From a virus: a stretch of DNA of 64,000 bases. The stretch is taken from the IMG/VR virus record IMGVR_UViG_3300033489_000007, positions 1,342 through 65,341 of that record; one strand, given 5' to 3'. The translations under genes and the position numbers were made by a program. Positions 27,184 through 36,865 of the stretch are shown in pieces. How positions within the stretch are numbered: position 1 is the stretch's first letter; every line of letters starts with the position of its first letter. Below the pieces are notes generated by a model. The model had not been told where the DNA came from. It did no database searches and saw nothing but the letters and a program-made list of their open reading frames with translations.

Positions 27184-28767
27184 TTAATACTCCGTCTTAA
27201 ATTCGCGGGCTGGCACTGCCTCCATAACCACGGCCGACTCCGGCACAAACCACACGTTACGGGCCTCGCCATGTTTGTGCTTCACTCGGTCACGTTTACT
27301 ATCCTCACCTAATATCTTAACTAAGTAAGAATACACAGTGTGTTCCGGTAGCGTCAGTGATTTTTGCCGTTTTAAGTGTTCTATGAAGTCCGGCCCTCTA
27401 AATGCGTAATACCAATCCTTGATCTCCTTTTCGCCGATAGAACCCCCGGGGCCAAACTTCACTTGACTGGTAGAAATTAGGGCTGGCCGGTGCCGGTTGA
27501 GGTCCGACCGGCGCTCGTCCTCGTCTAATGATTTATCGTCGCGCGCCTTGCTCAGGAATCTACACAACTTTTCAAATAGGGTGTCTTCGTACGTGATTTC
27601 TTCTTTTATTTCAATCTTGCGCATCATGTCACGCAAATATAAGTCCCATTCGTCGCGCTTCATCAACGGCAGAACTAAGTGGAGGCGCTCACCGACCGCT
27701 ATTCGTACTTTCTGATAGTCAAACAATTCGGGGGTGGTCAACTCGATGCTGCTGCCTTTTACGTGAATCACCCATCTGATTGGGGTCGCAATAATCTTCT
27801 CAACCTTATCGAACAACGGCACTTCTGTGGCCTTGCTGTCGTCCAAGGTTATACCAAATTCTCGTAGTCGGCAGGTGTCGCGGTCGCAGAAATCTTTGCA
27901 AGGCGACTCGCGACACTTATAGTTGTAATCTTTGCGGGATACTGAGCCGACGATAGTTTTCATCTCGTGGCTGGATAGGGGTGCATCGGTAGCAGTCTGA
28001 TTAAACTCGTTGAGCAACCCGCGCCACGTTTCCGGCGCTGCGCGCTTCAAGAAAATACCCGCCTGAAACACCCCTGTGTTGCGTGAGCCCTCCGGAATGG
28101 CTCCTTTGATCATTTTCTGAATGCAAGGCGGCCCCCGAGAGTACAAGTCGTCGTCTAATAGGTCTTTGTCTTCTACTTTGTATCGCTTGGCTTTGGCGCG
28201 GGCCAAGAATTCATCAAGCGACAAGCGTCTGCCGTCGACTTGGGCGTACCGCACTGTGTCCTCGGCCTTACAGTATGGTAGGTTGATCCAATTACCCAAC
28301 ACCCCGGGGGTGTTTTCAGGGTCCAGGGTCTCTTGCTTCGGGAAGATTTCAGCGCCGGTCACGCCTAGTCGCGCTGACCACCGACTAAGCAATAAGCGCA
28401 CTTTGGAGGCGGCCGTTGGTTCGGTGAGGAACAGGTAGCAGTGTACGCCGCCCGATTTCGATCGACACGGGATCAGCGGCAGATTATATTTTAGAATTTT
28501 CGCATCAAGCTCCGCAATATCAATCGGCTTTGCGTTTTTACCGTGGGTGTCGATATCGATGGCTGCCCAGGCGCATTTGCTGTCGTCGGTGATTGCCACC
28601 ATCCCGATCCCAATCTCTCCTTCAAGGTGGGCGCGCGCGTGGATGGCTTCGTAGGCGCGTTTAACCGTGTACATCTTACCAGTGTCTGGCATCCACGACC
28701 CGAATGACCGTTGGTTGCTGACGTACAAAGCCATAAATTGCTTGACTTGATCGTCTGTGATCGGCAT
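27184..28767 (-). CDS. primase-polymerase (archaeo-eukaryotic primase / PrimPol domain + C-terminal domain)
   Basis: AAIDIDTHG ... SGGVHCYLF matches AEP catalytic motifs. The 527-aa length fits bifunctional phage PrimPol proteins. Confidence 0.65.
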   Translation of the reverse strand: MPITDDQVKQFMALYVSNQRSFGSWMPDTGKMYTVKRAYEAIHARAHLEGEIGIGMVAITDDSKCAWAAIDIDTHGKNAKPIDIAELDAKILKYNLPLIPCRSKSGGVHCYLFLTEPTAASKVRLLLSRWSARLGVTGAEIFPKQETLDPENTPGVLGNWINLPYCKAEDTVRYAQVDGRRLSLDEFLARAKAKRYKVEDKDLLDDDLYSRGPPCIQKMIKGAIPEGSRNTGVFQAGIFLKRAAPETWRGLLNEFNQTATDAPLSSHEMKTIVGSVSRKDYNYKCRESPCKDFCDRDTCRLREFGITLDDSKATEVPLFDKVEKIIATPIRWVIHVKGSSIELTTPELFDYQKVRIAVGERLHLVLPLMKRDEWDLYLRDMMRKIEIKEEITYEDTLFEKLCRFLSKARDDKSLDEDERRSDLNRHRPALISTSQVKFGPGGSIGEKEIKDWYYAFRGPDFIEHLKRQKSLTLPEHTVYSYLVKILGEDSKRDRVKHKHGEARNVWFVPESAVVMEAVPAREFKTEY

Positions 28768-28790
28768 GTGGGCCTCTTAAACTATCCGCT

Positions 28791-28831
28791 ATTAAAAAGG
28801 CCCCCTCGTCCTTGCAACGGGGGAGGGGGCC
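28791..28831 (-). terminator. rho-independent terminator (− strand)
   Basis: Perfect GC stem GGCCCCCTC / GAGGGGGCC followed on the − strand by TTTTT. Lies between the 105-aa gene and the primase gene. Confidence 0.55.
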
Positions 28832-28942
28832 GCCTCGACTTGGTCAACTGTTATCTGGTGAGCTACGATAGACTTCCGTCAGTTTTCGCCCCATGACCAC
28901 GCCAGTTGACCGCTCCTAGCACCGTCCTTGACGGGGTGGGAG

Positions 28943-29260
28943 TTAAGCCGCTGCCTTTTCGCGCAGAGCGCGCCGTAGCATATTACCCAGGTTCATGCGC
29001 TGCATGCCGGGGTTCAAGTGTTTGAAACGCTTGCGTAGATCAACCTCTTCCTCTTTGATCTTCTTTGCTACGAGTGTATAAACTTCGTCGATCGTCTTGC
29101 CTCCCAACATCTGGGCAACGTCGTCACCGCTATCTCGGGACGTGGCTCCCTTGGCATTCTTCACAGTACGATAGTGGCTGATGTCGTGTTCAATGCCCGC
29201 GATGGCACGTACGCCTGCCGATGTCTTGTCAGTCTTGGTAGACTTTTTCTTACTAGCCAT
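28943..29260 (-). CDS. small basic protein, paralogue family member 1 (C-terminal HLNPGMQRMNLGN motif)
   Basis: 105 aa, Lys-rich. Shares its C-terminal ~45 aa with 34803..35228 and 48107..48643. Confidence 0.5.
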   Translation of the reverse strand: MASKKKSTKTDKTSAGVRAIAGIEHDISHYRTVKNAKGATSRDSGDDVAQMLGGKTIDEVYTLVAKKIKEEEVDLRKRFKHLNPGMQRMNLGNMLRRALREKAAA

Positions 29261-29306
29261 TTCATTTACCTCAATAGTTCAATTAGCGTGGGGACCCACA
29301 TGCTCC

Positions 29307-29336
29307 ATGATACCACGCCTAAAACATCCGCGTCAA
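29307..29336 (-). promoter_or_regulatory. putative sigma70-type promoter (TTGACG-18-TATCAT) for the paralogue-1 gene
   Basis: Read on the − strand upstream of the 29260 start. A GGGTCCC motif lies adjacent. Confidence 0.35.
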
Positions 29337-29339
29337 TGT

Positions 29340-29723
29340 TCAAGTACATAGTGCGCTTAGCCATTGAACATGATTTATCGCTAATTTCCAATCCTCCGCC
29401 CTAAAAGCCCGCAACACTCTTGCGCTCTTAGTAAAGGGGTAGCGCGACAGCGTCAGGAGGTATCCGCCACGGGGATTAGGGCCAGCCAGCTCAAACCGTA
29501 TCAACGCGGCGGTTGATTGGTGATACTTGGCGAACTCCTCCTGACTTGCCTCCAACTTATTGTCGCTCATTTTAAGCTCGGCCCAGGCGATCAGCCAAGT
29601 GTCTTTATAGATCAACAAGTCAAACACGCCGGGATTTTCCGTCTCCCGCACGTGCATACATTTCATGCCTTGCCGCTTGAGCGCTGCGCGCATCTCGGCG
29701 TTGAATTCGGTTTCACCGATCAT
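29340..29723 (-). CDS. PD-(D/E)xK nuclease, VRR-NUC-like
   Basis: VRETENPGVFDLLIYKD ... WAELKM fits the D...E.K pattern. Confidence 0.45.
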   Translation of the reverse strand: MIGETEFNAEMRAALKRQGMKCMHVRETENPGVFDLLIYKDTWLIAWAELKMSDNKLEASQEEFAKYHQSTAALIRFELAGPNPRGGYLLTLSRYPFTKSARVLRAFRAEDWKLAINHVQWLSALCT

Positions 29724-30018
29724 CTGTTGCCTCAGGAGGTGTGCACTGCTTTTTTAACTGTTCCAAGAAGCGCTTGGGTAAAGTCAGCTTGATTACAGTC
29801 TCGAAATCGTCCGGCATCACCTTTCCGCAGCAGGGACAATAATGCTTCCCTTCTGCGTTGCGCCGTACCTCATTAAATCCGCAGAAGCTGCGTAGCCACT
29901 TAACCATGTGATGCATCTCCTGCCTCAAGAGGTGGTATTGGCTCAAAAGGCACATCAAGGTATCGGTGCGCCGATACTTCCATTGACAGCCGAGTGTCTG
30001 GTCTCCCGCGTCCGTCAA
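29713..30018 (-). CDS. zinc-finger protein (101 aa)
   Basis: HYCPCCGKVMPDD Cys cluster. Confidence 0.35.
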   Translation of the reverse strand: MTDAGDQTLGCQWKYRRTDTLMCLLSQYHLLRQEMHHMVKWLRSFCGFNEVRRNAEGKHYCPCCGKVMPDDFETVIKLTLPKRFLEQLKKQCTPPEATDDR

Positions 30019-30176
30019 TCAATGCGCCATGAAACTTAACTGAAACGCCTTGCATATCTGCATTGCGCCACTCCGGCTCGATGTCCAGCTCAAACTTGCC
30101 GATGCCATGCTTACGACTTAGATTCAATAAGTCGCGCGCAAACGCCTCGTAAGCGGCTGGGACAGTGATGGTGGTG

Positions 30177-30419
30177 TCACTCATGACTGGGTATCTCGTG
30201 TGGTCGCAGGTTTGAAGTTAGATTATCAATAGTCTTTGCTATCAGCAGTCGCTTGCCGCATCTATCACATTCACTGTAAACATCTCGATGCGCTCGACCA
30301 ACCCCATCATAATAGGGAGTGCTCAACTCCCCCCACGCGGCTTCACTCGCGTATGCCTTGTGAGGTCTATGCCCGAATAGCCAGCACCTGATCATATTAC
30401 CTTGTCCCACATGTACCAC
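30177..30419 (-). CDS. hypothetical zinc-binding protein (80 aa)
   Basis: ECDRCGKRL motif. Confidence 0.3.
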   Translation of the reverse strand: MVHVGQGNMIRCWLFGHRPHKAYASEAAWGELSTPYYDGVGRAHRDVYSECDRCGKRLLIAKTIDNLTSNLRPHEIPSHE

Positions 30420-30807
30420 TTATTCTTGCCGGTCTTCGCGTCTTGGTGCTGTCGCCACCGATACAAACGCCAATCCTGAAACTTCCAGTTGCCGACGCGG
30501 ACGCAAAAATAGCGGATCACAAGTGTTTATCTTCAAAATCTATCGCATAAAAGGGCATTTCGTGTGGTCATTGGTGGTGCCTCAGTTGGGCAGGACGTCA
30601 ATCGTTACCCCGGGTCCCCATATGACTATCCTGTGACCCGGCACATACCGGCGTATCGTGCTTGGTTGTCCCGCTATCATTATTGTTTCTATTATTTCAA
30701 TGTTGGTCGGCGCGGCATCATCAGTGAGTTTATCTAGGGCGGCCCGTGCGTCCTGCGCCCTAGCCTCCAATTCCTGGATATAATCCTGCGCCCACTGCGG
30801 CAGCGAT

Positions 30808-31215
30808 TTAATGTTTTGTCTGGCAACCGTCATCATCCTCATCCTCGGGCGGGCAAGTGCAACCGGGGCCATGGGGGCCTTCTTCTCGGCCTATTACAAC
30901 CACGTGCACCTTGGCCTTGTTGCTGCGGAAAAATTCAATAACGTCGTCCACCATAGTGGCCTTGAACGAGGTGCAATCGGTCCGCTTAGTGATGGCGAGG
31001 GACATAGCTAATACTAATAGTTGCATGCGCTGCAATGCCCGCAACTCCTCTGGCTCCCGGCCTGACTTCATCGCGTGTAGCATGCTCTCATGGATAAGAA
31101 CATCAACCGCGCGGTTCACTCTATCGGCATAGTTTTCATCATTGAGCGTTGACACGACATCAGTGATGTCTTCAACCACTTGGCGCTCAACAGCCTCTTT
31201 GGCTAATTTGTTCAT
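30808..31215 (-). CDS. hypothetical protein (135 aa)
   Basis: Start at MNKLAKEAV with ATGA overlap. Acidic, Cys-containing C-terminus. Confidence 0.4.
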   Translation of the reverse strand: MNKLAKEAVERQVVEDITDVVSTLNDENYADRVNRAVDVLIHESMLHAMKSGREPEELRALQRMQLLVLAMSLAITKRTDCTSFKATMVDDVIEFFRSNKAKVHVVVIGREEGPHGPGCTCPPEDEDDDGCQTKH

Positions 31216-31596
31216 GCCGCCACCGCTTGATGTTCGTACAGACGCACGACCGAACCGCACGCTAGGGTGTTAGCCATAGTGCGCGCTTCGACTTCCGATG
31301 CCTCCTCGATCCAGACGCGGTGCTCCCTGCCGTCTTCATCTTTCCACACGGCCTCAAAGACCCTCAGGCGCACCGGGACCCGAGCCAACAAATAATTTCC
31401 CATGGTCATAACCCTCTATCAGCTATCGCTATTAGAACACCATAAGTCCCATCTTGTCAATCCTCAAGTCCCTCACAGGGTCGGATGTCCTTTCGTGGTT
31501 CGTCAGTGCCGTCTGACTTGACTACCTCAGACACCTCACCAAATATTTGCTCGATATACTCGATATGGCGTTGACTCAAGTGTCTAGGCAAGTTGA

Positions 31597-31944
31597 TTAT
31601 ATGGTTTTTCGCTTCCTGGACCGAGTTGGCGATCGGGAGTTCCTCGACTCTACCGATAATTGTTCCTTGGTCGTCAATGAAGAACGGTATAAGGCGCATT
31701 GTTTGATACCTTTATCGGTTAATTTAAACTTGTGCCAGGGGTAGTCGTCTTGGTTCCGCTCGACTAATCCCTGGTTCTCTGCTTGTTTTATCAACCGGCG
31801 CAGCCAACCGCTCTGCATATCCCACGTGCTTATCCGGGCATGGTCAGATAACGCCAGCAACAAACTATCCACGGTTCTATTCTTGCCCTTCAATTCGGCG
31901 GCTGCGGACGACCAACTAGTCAGTATCAAACCAGTCTTATCCAT
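31597..31944 (-). CDS. hypothetical protein, possible winged-helix DNA-binding (115 aa)
   Basis: GWLRRLIKQAENQGLVER helix and a basic tail. Confidence 0.3.
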   Translation of the reverse strand: MDKTGLILTSWSSAAAELKGKNRTVDSLLLALSDHARISTWDMQSGWLRRLIKQAENQGLVERNQDDYPWHKFKLTDKGIKQCALYRSSLTTKEQLSVESRNSRSPTRSRKRKTI

Positions 31945-32287
31945 GCAGATCCCATTCCCATAGGTGGAAGCAAAAATTGTGAATGTTGACGTAATCCTCG
32001 GGCTTCGGGAAAATCATCACCATTGTCAAGTCGTTAGGCGTCAGCGAGTATTTCGCATCCTTTATTTCATCCCACGTCGGATAACGATCCTCACACGATA
32101 TCGACAAATGCAAACTCAACGGTGGGTTGGCTAATAAGATTCGGCCGGGACGTGGCTCCTTGCTCAACATAACTCGGCAATAGCCCTTAACAAAAAAGCG
32201 AGTGTGTGTAGCCTTCAACGTCGCCGCATGTTCCGGCCGCATTCTGGAGATGTAAAGATCAGCCTCTTCCCAACCATTGATGCTCAT
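31937..32287 (-). CDS. hypothetical protein (116 aa)
   Basis: Coupled ORF. Confidence 0.4.
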   Translation of the reverse strand: MSINGWEEADLYISRMRPEHAATLKATHTRFFVKGYCRVMLSKEPRPGRILLANPPLSLHLSISCEDRYPTWDEIKDAKYSLTPNDLTMVMIFPKPEDYVNIHNFCFHLWEWDLHG

Positions 32288-32637
32288 GTTCCGGCGCGCT
32301 CCCGCTCCTCGATTCTGTCCCTGAGGAATGTTCCCATACTCGCTTTTAGCTCGGCAACCAGCGTATCCTTATCAACATCCTTTAACTTTAAATGTAACAC
32401 GGCTGTGACCACCGTAAAACAAACGAAAGCCGTGTCGCGCTCCTCATCGCTGGCAAATTTCTCCGGGTCGGACACCAGGACAAATAATATCCTTTCGAGC
32501 AGCCCATAAGAAGTTTTTATTTCCTTATTGGCTGCCAGCCCCTCCAGTACTGCCAATATCATTTGCTCACGCTTAATAAACCGGTCTCCAGTATTGCTCA
32601 TAACCCCTCTGCCTTTAAGTCGTTGGCTTGGTGCCAC
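32284..32637 (-). CDS. hypothetical protein (117 aa)
   Basis: Coupled ORF. Confidence 0.4.
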   Translation of the reverse strand: MAPSQRLKGRGVMSNTGDRFIKREQMILAVLEGLAANKEIKTSYGLLERILFVLVSDPEKFASDEERDTAFVCFTVVTAVLHLKLKDVDKDTLVAELKASMGTFLRDRIEERERAGT

Positions 32638-32927
32638 AGTTGCTCACGCAGTAAATAACCCTCCAATTCCCATATTTTGCTGCGGGCTCTATAGTACGAA
32701 ATTTTACGGCCCAACTCCTCGTTGAAGTTCTCCGGACTCGCGCAAGCCGACTCGCCGGTCACTGTGAAACCGTTTCGGAGAGTCAGGCAACAAACTGTTA
32801 GGGTCGCTCCCAATAAATGATACTCGATTTTAGCTATTTTTGCTTCTATCAAGGTCAGCGTGACTCTGGGTGCGATTAATCCTTTGTCTTGCATTTCTTG
32901 TTCAATTTCTGCGTCGTTCATCATCAT
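32598..32927 (-). CDS. Gp49/Gp66-like phage protein
   Basis: ASPENFNEELGRKISYYRARSKIWELEGYLLRE resembles the conserved core of the Phage_gp49_66 family, as recalled. Confidence 0.45.
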   Translation of the reverse strand: MMMNDAEIEQEMQDKGLIAPRVTLTLIEAKIAKIEYHLLGATLTVCCLTLRNGFTVTGESACASPENFNEELGRKISYYRARSKIWELEGYLLREQLWHQANDLKAEGL

Positions 32928-33175
32928 GCTCCCTTCATTAAATCGGTTGCCGAAAAAGTTGACGCGCCACGTGGCGCTGTGGCTGCCAGCACCTCCAGAC
33001 GCGAACGGTCAACGTCTTTTGATAATTCCGCACCTAACACGGCATTAATGGCCGCTGCCTGCTGATCGCGGGCTACTACCGCTTTGGGGCCGAATACTAA
33101 TTTTTGATTGGCTCCCTCCTCGGCGGCTTTCTTGGTGGGGTTTTCAAGGATTGCTACTTCAAATAATGGCATGTG

Positions 33176-33649
33176 TTACCTCTTGACTTTTGACGTTTCG
33201 ATCGATTTTTTGATGGCCGCCCGACACCGCCCGGGATGTAGGTTGGTCGCTGTGGGGGCCTTGAGGACTAGTTTAATGCTTATCGCCTGTTTTATCATGT
33301 TGGGGCAGGGCACCCCGCCAGAGTTGCCACAGAACGCACACACACCGCTAGGGCTAGCGCTGGACGTGGCTACCTTTACATCCCCCCTATTGACTGGGGT
33401 GCCCCGCGAGCTGCCCCACAGGTCGACTTGTGACAACTTTTTGCCGCGCTCCACCTGATTCAGGGCGGTGCTAAGGTCGATGTCAAAGCCTGTGGTCATT
33501 AAAAACACACCTGGGTCGCGCAACTCCCACCACCTCCAGCGCGTGCCCTTGACCGTTAGTGTTAGCCCCGCCTTTTCAGCACGTGGTCGATACTCTTTTA
33601 ACTTATCATCAGAGCATTGGTCGGGAGTCAATTGATGTGCGCTGCTCAT
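33176..33649 (-). CDS. hypothetical protein (157 aa)
   Basis: ORF with a Cys cluster CAFCGNSGGVPCP. Confidence 0.4.
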   Translation of the reverse strand: MSSAHQLTPDQCSDDKLKEYRPRAEKAGLTLTVKGTRWRWWELRDPGVFLMTTGFDIDLSTALNQVERGKKLSQVDLWGSSRGTPVNRGDVKVATSSASPSGVCAFCGNSGGVPCPNMIKQAISIKLVLKAPTATNLHPGRCRAAIKKSIETSKVKR

Positions 33650-34080
33650 TCCGGTGGCCCTACGTTTGTGATTGTGCGACCACGCGCAAACTCATCGAAT
33701 CTTTCATATGGTCCCCACCAGCATTGACAGCCCCACACCACCCCAGCCCCGTCATCTAGTGTTATCTTTGGGTTCGGTATTCCCCCGAGCGGCGGGCATG
33801 GCTGAAATCCTTCGTAAACACCCCAGCCGATCAAGTTGACTGTCTCGTCATCGGCGTCCCTTACAGCGAAAACCCTCGACCCCACACTGGTGCTTGTCAT
33901 TGCCGTTATCCTCTATCTGCCCTAGCCGTTAGTATACCACAGTCAGCGCCGGTGTAGAAGTCTAAAGCCCCTCGCGGAGCCCCTCGTCGACCAGAATGCT
34001 GCAGACCCCAGCCAGTATGCCCCACGGGCCGAAGAGCAGCGCCAGCACCACGACGACAGCCAGCCTGGACAGCCAGAAGA

Positions 34081-34557
34081 TCATGGGTCGGCGCTCAGCA
34101 TTCGTTCTAACATCGGCTCTGTGCCTAATTCCTCCATCTCTGTAGGGGTCGGCACGAAGCTTTCACATTTGGTCTCATACACCGGCACTTGCTGCGTGGT
34201 GGTGCCTACTTGCACCCTGCGACATACGGTGGAGGTGAATTGAACATAGATATCTACGCCATCCTTAGATAAAAACCACTGCGCCATCGTCGCATCTTTA
34301 TCAGGCATGTCAGGCTTGAAGCCATGTCGACGATGCAACCTGACCAGCGATAAGAATTTGCTCTTATCCCCGGCTACGGTGAAATTGATCCATCTATCCG
34401 AATAATTGTGGTCGCATCCTAACAACACCATATCGCGCACATAGGGCAGAAGCGCGGCGCGGGCCTTTACCCACGCCGTCGCTTTACGCGCCAATTTGTC
34501 GTGCTCAGAGCGCAACGTTTCCAGGATCGGGTCGATTTCATCAACAGTGTGATTCAC
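34081..34557 (-). CDS. hypothetical protein (158 aa)
   Basis: Coupled ORF. Confidence 0.4.
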   Translation of the reverse strand: MNHTVDEIDPILETLRSEHDKLARKATAWVKARAALLPYVRDMVLLGCDHNYSDRWINFTVAGDKSKFLSLVRLHRRHGFKPDMPDKDATMAQWFLSKDGVDIYVQFTSTVCRRVQVGTTTQQVPVYETKCESFVPTPTEMEELGTEPMLERMLSADP

Positions 34558-34802
34558 TTAAAGTCCCTACCACCCCACCCGGGGCTAAATCGTTGGAACA
34601 CACCCGCCATGTGCACAAGCTCGTCTTTACACCCATCGGAGTCGATGTAAAAGATACGCTTATCGCCGAAGTGCTTATAAAGGTCCTTACACACAGCCTC
34701 GGCGTCGTTGGTTATCGACACCGGGCCGTCCTCGTCTTTTATAAACACAGAGTCGTCCGTGACTTTTAGGATATCAAAGATGGCGCGCAGGCCGCGCGCC
34801 AT
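34554..34802 (-). CDS. hypothetical protein (82 aa)
   Basis: Coupled ORF. Confidence 0.3.
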   Translation of the reverse strand: MARGLRAIFDILKVTDDSVFIKDEDGPVSITNDAEAVCKDLYKHFGDKRIFYIDSDGCKDELVHMAGVFQRFSPGWGGRDFK

Positions 34803-35228
34803 CTAGGCTGCCGCCTGTTGGTTCAGCGCCGCACGGATTCGGTTGCCCAAATTCATGCGTTGCATGCCGACGTTGAGGTGGGCGTACTTGGTCTCAAGTT
34901 CTTTCTTGCTGACCTTCAGCATCTTTGATGCCTTCTTATACACTTCCTCCAGCGGCGTGCCGCGCAAGTCTTTGGCCACCTTGTCGGCGCAGTCCAGGGA
35001 TGAATTGCCCTCGGCGCTCACCACGCCTTCGTAGCGGCTGGTGTCATAGCGCTTGTTACCGATCCGGCGCAAGCCGTCCTTTTCGGTAATCAGCAACTGC
35101 GAGGCGCGGGCCTTTTTGGTCTCGCCCTTCGCGTCGGTGTAGGTAACCCAGCCGCGTACAGTTGCTTGCACTTGCGACGCCGCGATTCTCTTCAACTTTT
35201 TAGCGCTCATTGCATTCTCCTCTATCAA
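34803..35228 (-). CDS. small basic protein, paralogue family member 2
   Basis: 141 aa. C-terminal YAHLNVGMQRMNLGNRIRAAL. Its N-terminal half is also similar to member 3. Confidence 0.5.
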   Translation of the reverse strand: MIEENAMSAKKLKRIAASQVQATVRGWVTYTDAKGETKKARASQLLITEKDGLRRIGNKRYDTSRYEGVVSAEGNSSLDCADKVAKDLRGTPLEEVYKKASKMLKVSKKELETKYAHLNVGMQRMNLGNRIRAALNQQAAA

Positions 35229-35264
35229 CTATTACATTCCAGCGGAGCATACCGCCATAGTGTT

Positions 35265-35270
35265 ATTATA
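35265..35270 (-). promoter_or_regulatory. putative extended −10 (TGtTATAAT) for paralogue-2 gene
   Basis: The − strand reads cgTGtTATAATaacac about 35 nt upstream of the RBS AGAGGAG and the ATG. Confidence 0.35.
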
Positions 35271-35467
35271 ACACGTTATGGGTAGCCACACAAGTATCAA
35301 GCCCGTCTGAACCGTCGCCATAATCTGTTGGTTGATACCGCCACTAACGCTTCAACTAAGGTGTCTCTAGCCAACATGGCGACTGGCGATCGAGCTGTTC
35401 TTGACGAAAACACCCTCAACAGGACTCGGCCTTCTCTAAAAGAGTAACTAATCTTTATATGAGGCTT

Positions 35468-35526
35468 CAAGGAGACCGCCCCCGGCCCGCGCCTTTGATT
35501 AAGTGCCGCCACTGGCGGTCTCCTTG
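35468..35526. other. large perfect hairpin (13-bp stem CAAGGAGACCGCC/GGCGGTCTCCTTG, 33-nt loop) in a 270-bp non-coding region
   Basis: Read directly from the sequence. There is no flanking T-run, so not a canonical terminator. Confidence 0.5.
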
Positions 35527-35810
35527 ATGATGCCACAGCGTATTGCATACCGGATTACAGCATATAGTACGAAGGGTTCCAAATAAATAGTGTCGTGCGC
35601 CTCAATCCCGTTTTCGGCGGTTAACTTTATTTGGAACCCGTCGAACGTTGCATACACACCGTCACCCATGTAGTCCCGGTCAACAGGTTGCTTTACGGTT
35701 ACGTCAGCGGTCATTTCTTTGGCTCCTAGTCGGGTACGGCCACACTCATAATGATTACTCCAGCTATTATCACACTGATAGCGGTCACTAGTGCCGGTAC
35801 AACCGCCCAT
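35499..35810 (-). CDS. hypothetical protein (103 aa)
   Basis: ORF. Confidence 0.35.
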   Translation of the reverse strand: MGGCTGTSDRYQCDNSWSNHYECGRTRLGAKEMTADVTVKQPVDRDYMGDGVYATFDGFQIKLTAENGIEAHDTIYLEPFVLYAVIRYAIRCGIIKETASGGT

Positions 35811-35898
35811 GTGTCAGCTACTAGGTGAATCAGGTATGAGCCACCCCATAGCCCGAATAGAGATAGGCAAAGTCCCACTGTGAACAACACCTCTGGTT

Positions 35899-36207
35899 TC
35901 ATGCTTCCACCTTTACAGGTATTCCGCCGATGTTAGGGTTGCTGCGCTCGACGCCACCTTTTTGTTTGATCCATGGCCCGGGCGGGTCACCGTGACCGTC
36001 CCACTCTATTAAGGCTAATATCGCGTCGCCGAACGTAGGGTAACAATATCGCGTCCGGTAGCCCGTATCGTCCAACCCGACGCACAGGCCATAAGTAAAT
36101 AAGAAAGCCATAATACCGGCCAGTTCACCGGTCGCGGGCAGGTGGCAGACAAAACCATAACCGTAGCTTTCCAACCGTAACAACAATTCATCTGTTGGCG
36201 GTGTCAT
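35899..36207 (-). CDS. hypothetical protein (102 aa)
   Basis: ORF. Confidence 0.35.
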   Translation of the reverse strand: MTPPTDELLLRLESYGYGFVCHLPATGELAGIMAFLFTYGLCVGLDDTGYRTRYCYPTFGDAILALIEWDGHGDPPGPWIKQKGGVERSNPNIGGIPVKVEA

Positions 36208-36502
36208 CAGTCACCTCTACGTCGCGCTTTAAATAGCGTTGATTGCGCTCTACCTTCTTTTTCCACTCCACCTTGTTTTCCTTCCAGCGCTCCTCGCCGC
36301 TGATGTTCTCAATGTAAACCATGCCGAACGAATCGACCATAGTGATCCGCATCAAACAACCGAACTCACACCAAATTTGACCCGGTGCCGGGGTAACGTA
36401 TTTAGTCTCACAGTGCCTGCGCCAATCCCGAAATTGAACATACGCAACATATGTTACAACCCAAACCAAAAGCCCTATGATGATTTTAATAGACAGCAGC
36501 AT
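36188..36502 (-). CDS. membrane protein (104 aa)
   Basis: N-terminal transmembrane segment LLSIKIIIGLLVWVVTYVAYV. Confidence 0.35.
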   Translation of the reverse strand: MLLSIKIIIGLLVWVVTYVAYVQFRDWRRHCETKYVTPAPGQIWCEFGCLMRITMVDSFGMVYIENISGEERWKENKVEWKKKVERNQRYLKRDVEVTDDTANR

Positions 36503-36865
36503 GACTAAGCCTTTGTTCCAATAAGTATAAGCCGTTTAAATCCGTTAATAGTCCTGAATTGAAATTCCCTGTGGCACGGCTTCAATAAAGTGTGGTAATA
36601 GTGACGCGTACATTTATCCAAGACGATGGACACCGGGCCGCGTTTATACTTAACCATTGGGAGTCTAACCGTCACCACCCGCGCGATTTTCCTCAGCGCC
36701 TTTGCCTTACTTCCGCGCATGGTTCTTTCTCCTCGACATCACTGCTATTTCATTACGACGGCGTTGTCGCCGCTTGTTTGGGAAGAACCATGCCTGATAG
36801 TCGCTCATGGAGCCTTTGGGTCGATTACTGCCCTTGTTCTTACGGTGCATCGGCATTGGGTGGTC

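Noticed and set aside
35297-35548. 83-aa Arg-rich ORF
   Set aside because: It reads straight through the 13-bp-stem hairpin and the promoter region. The composition (RRPPVAALNQRRGPG) is non-protein-like.
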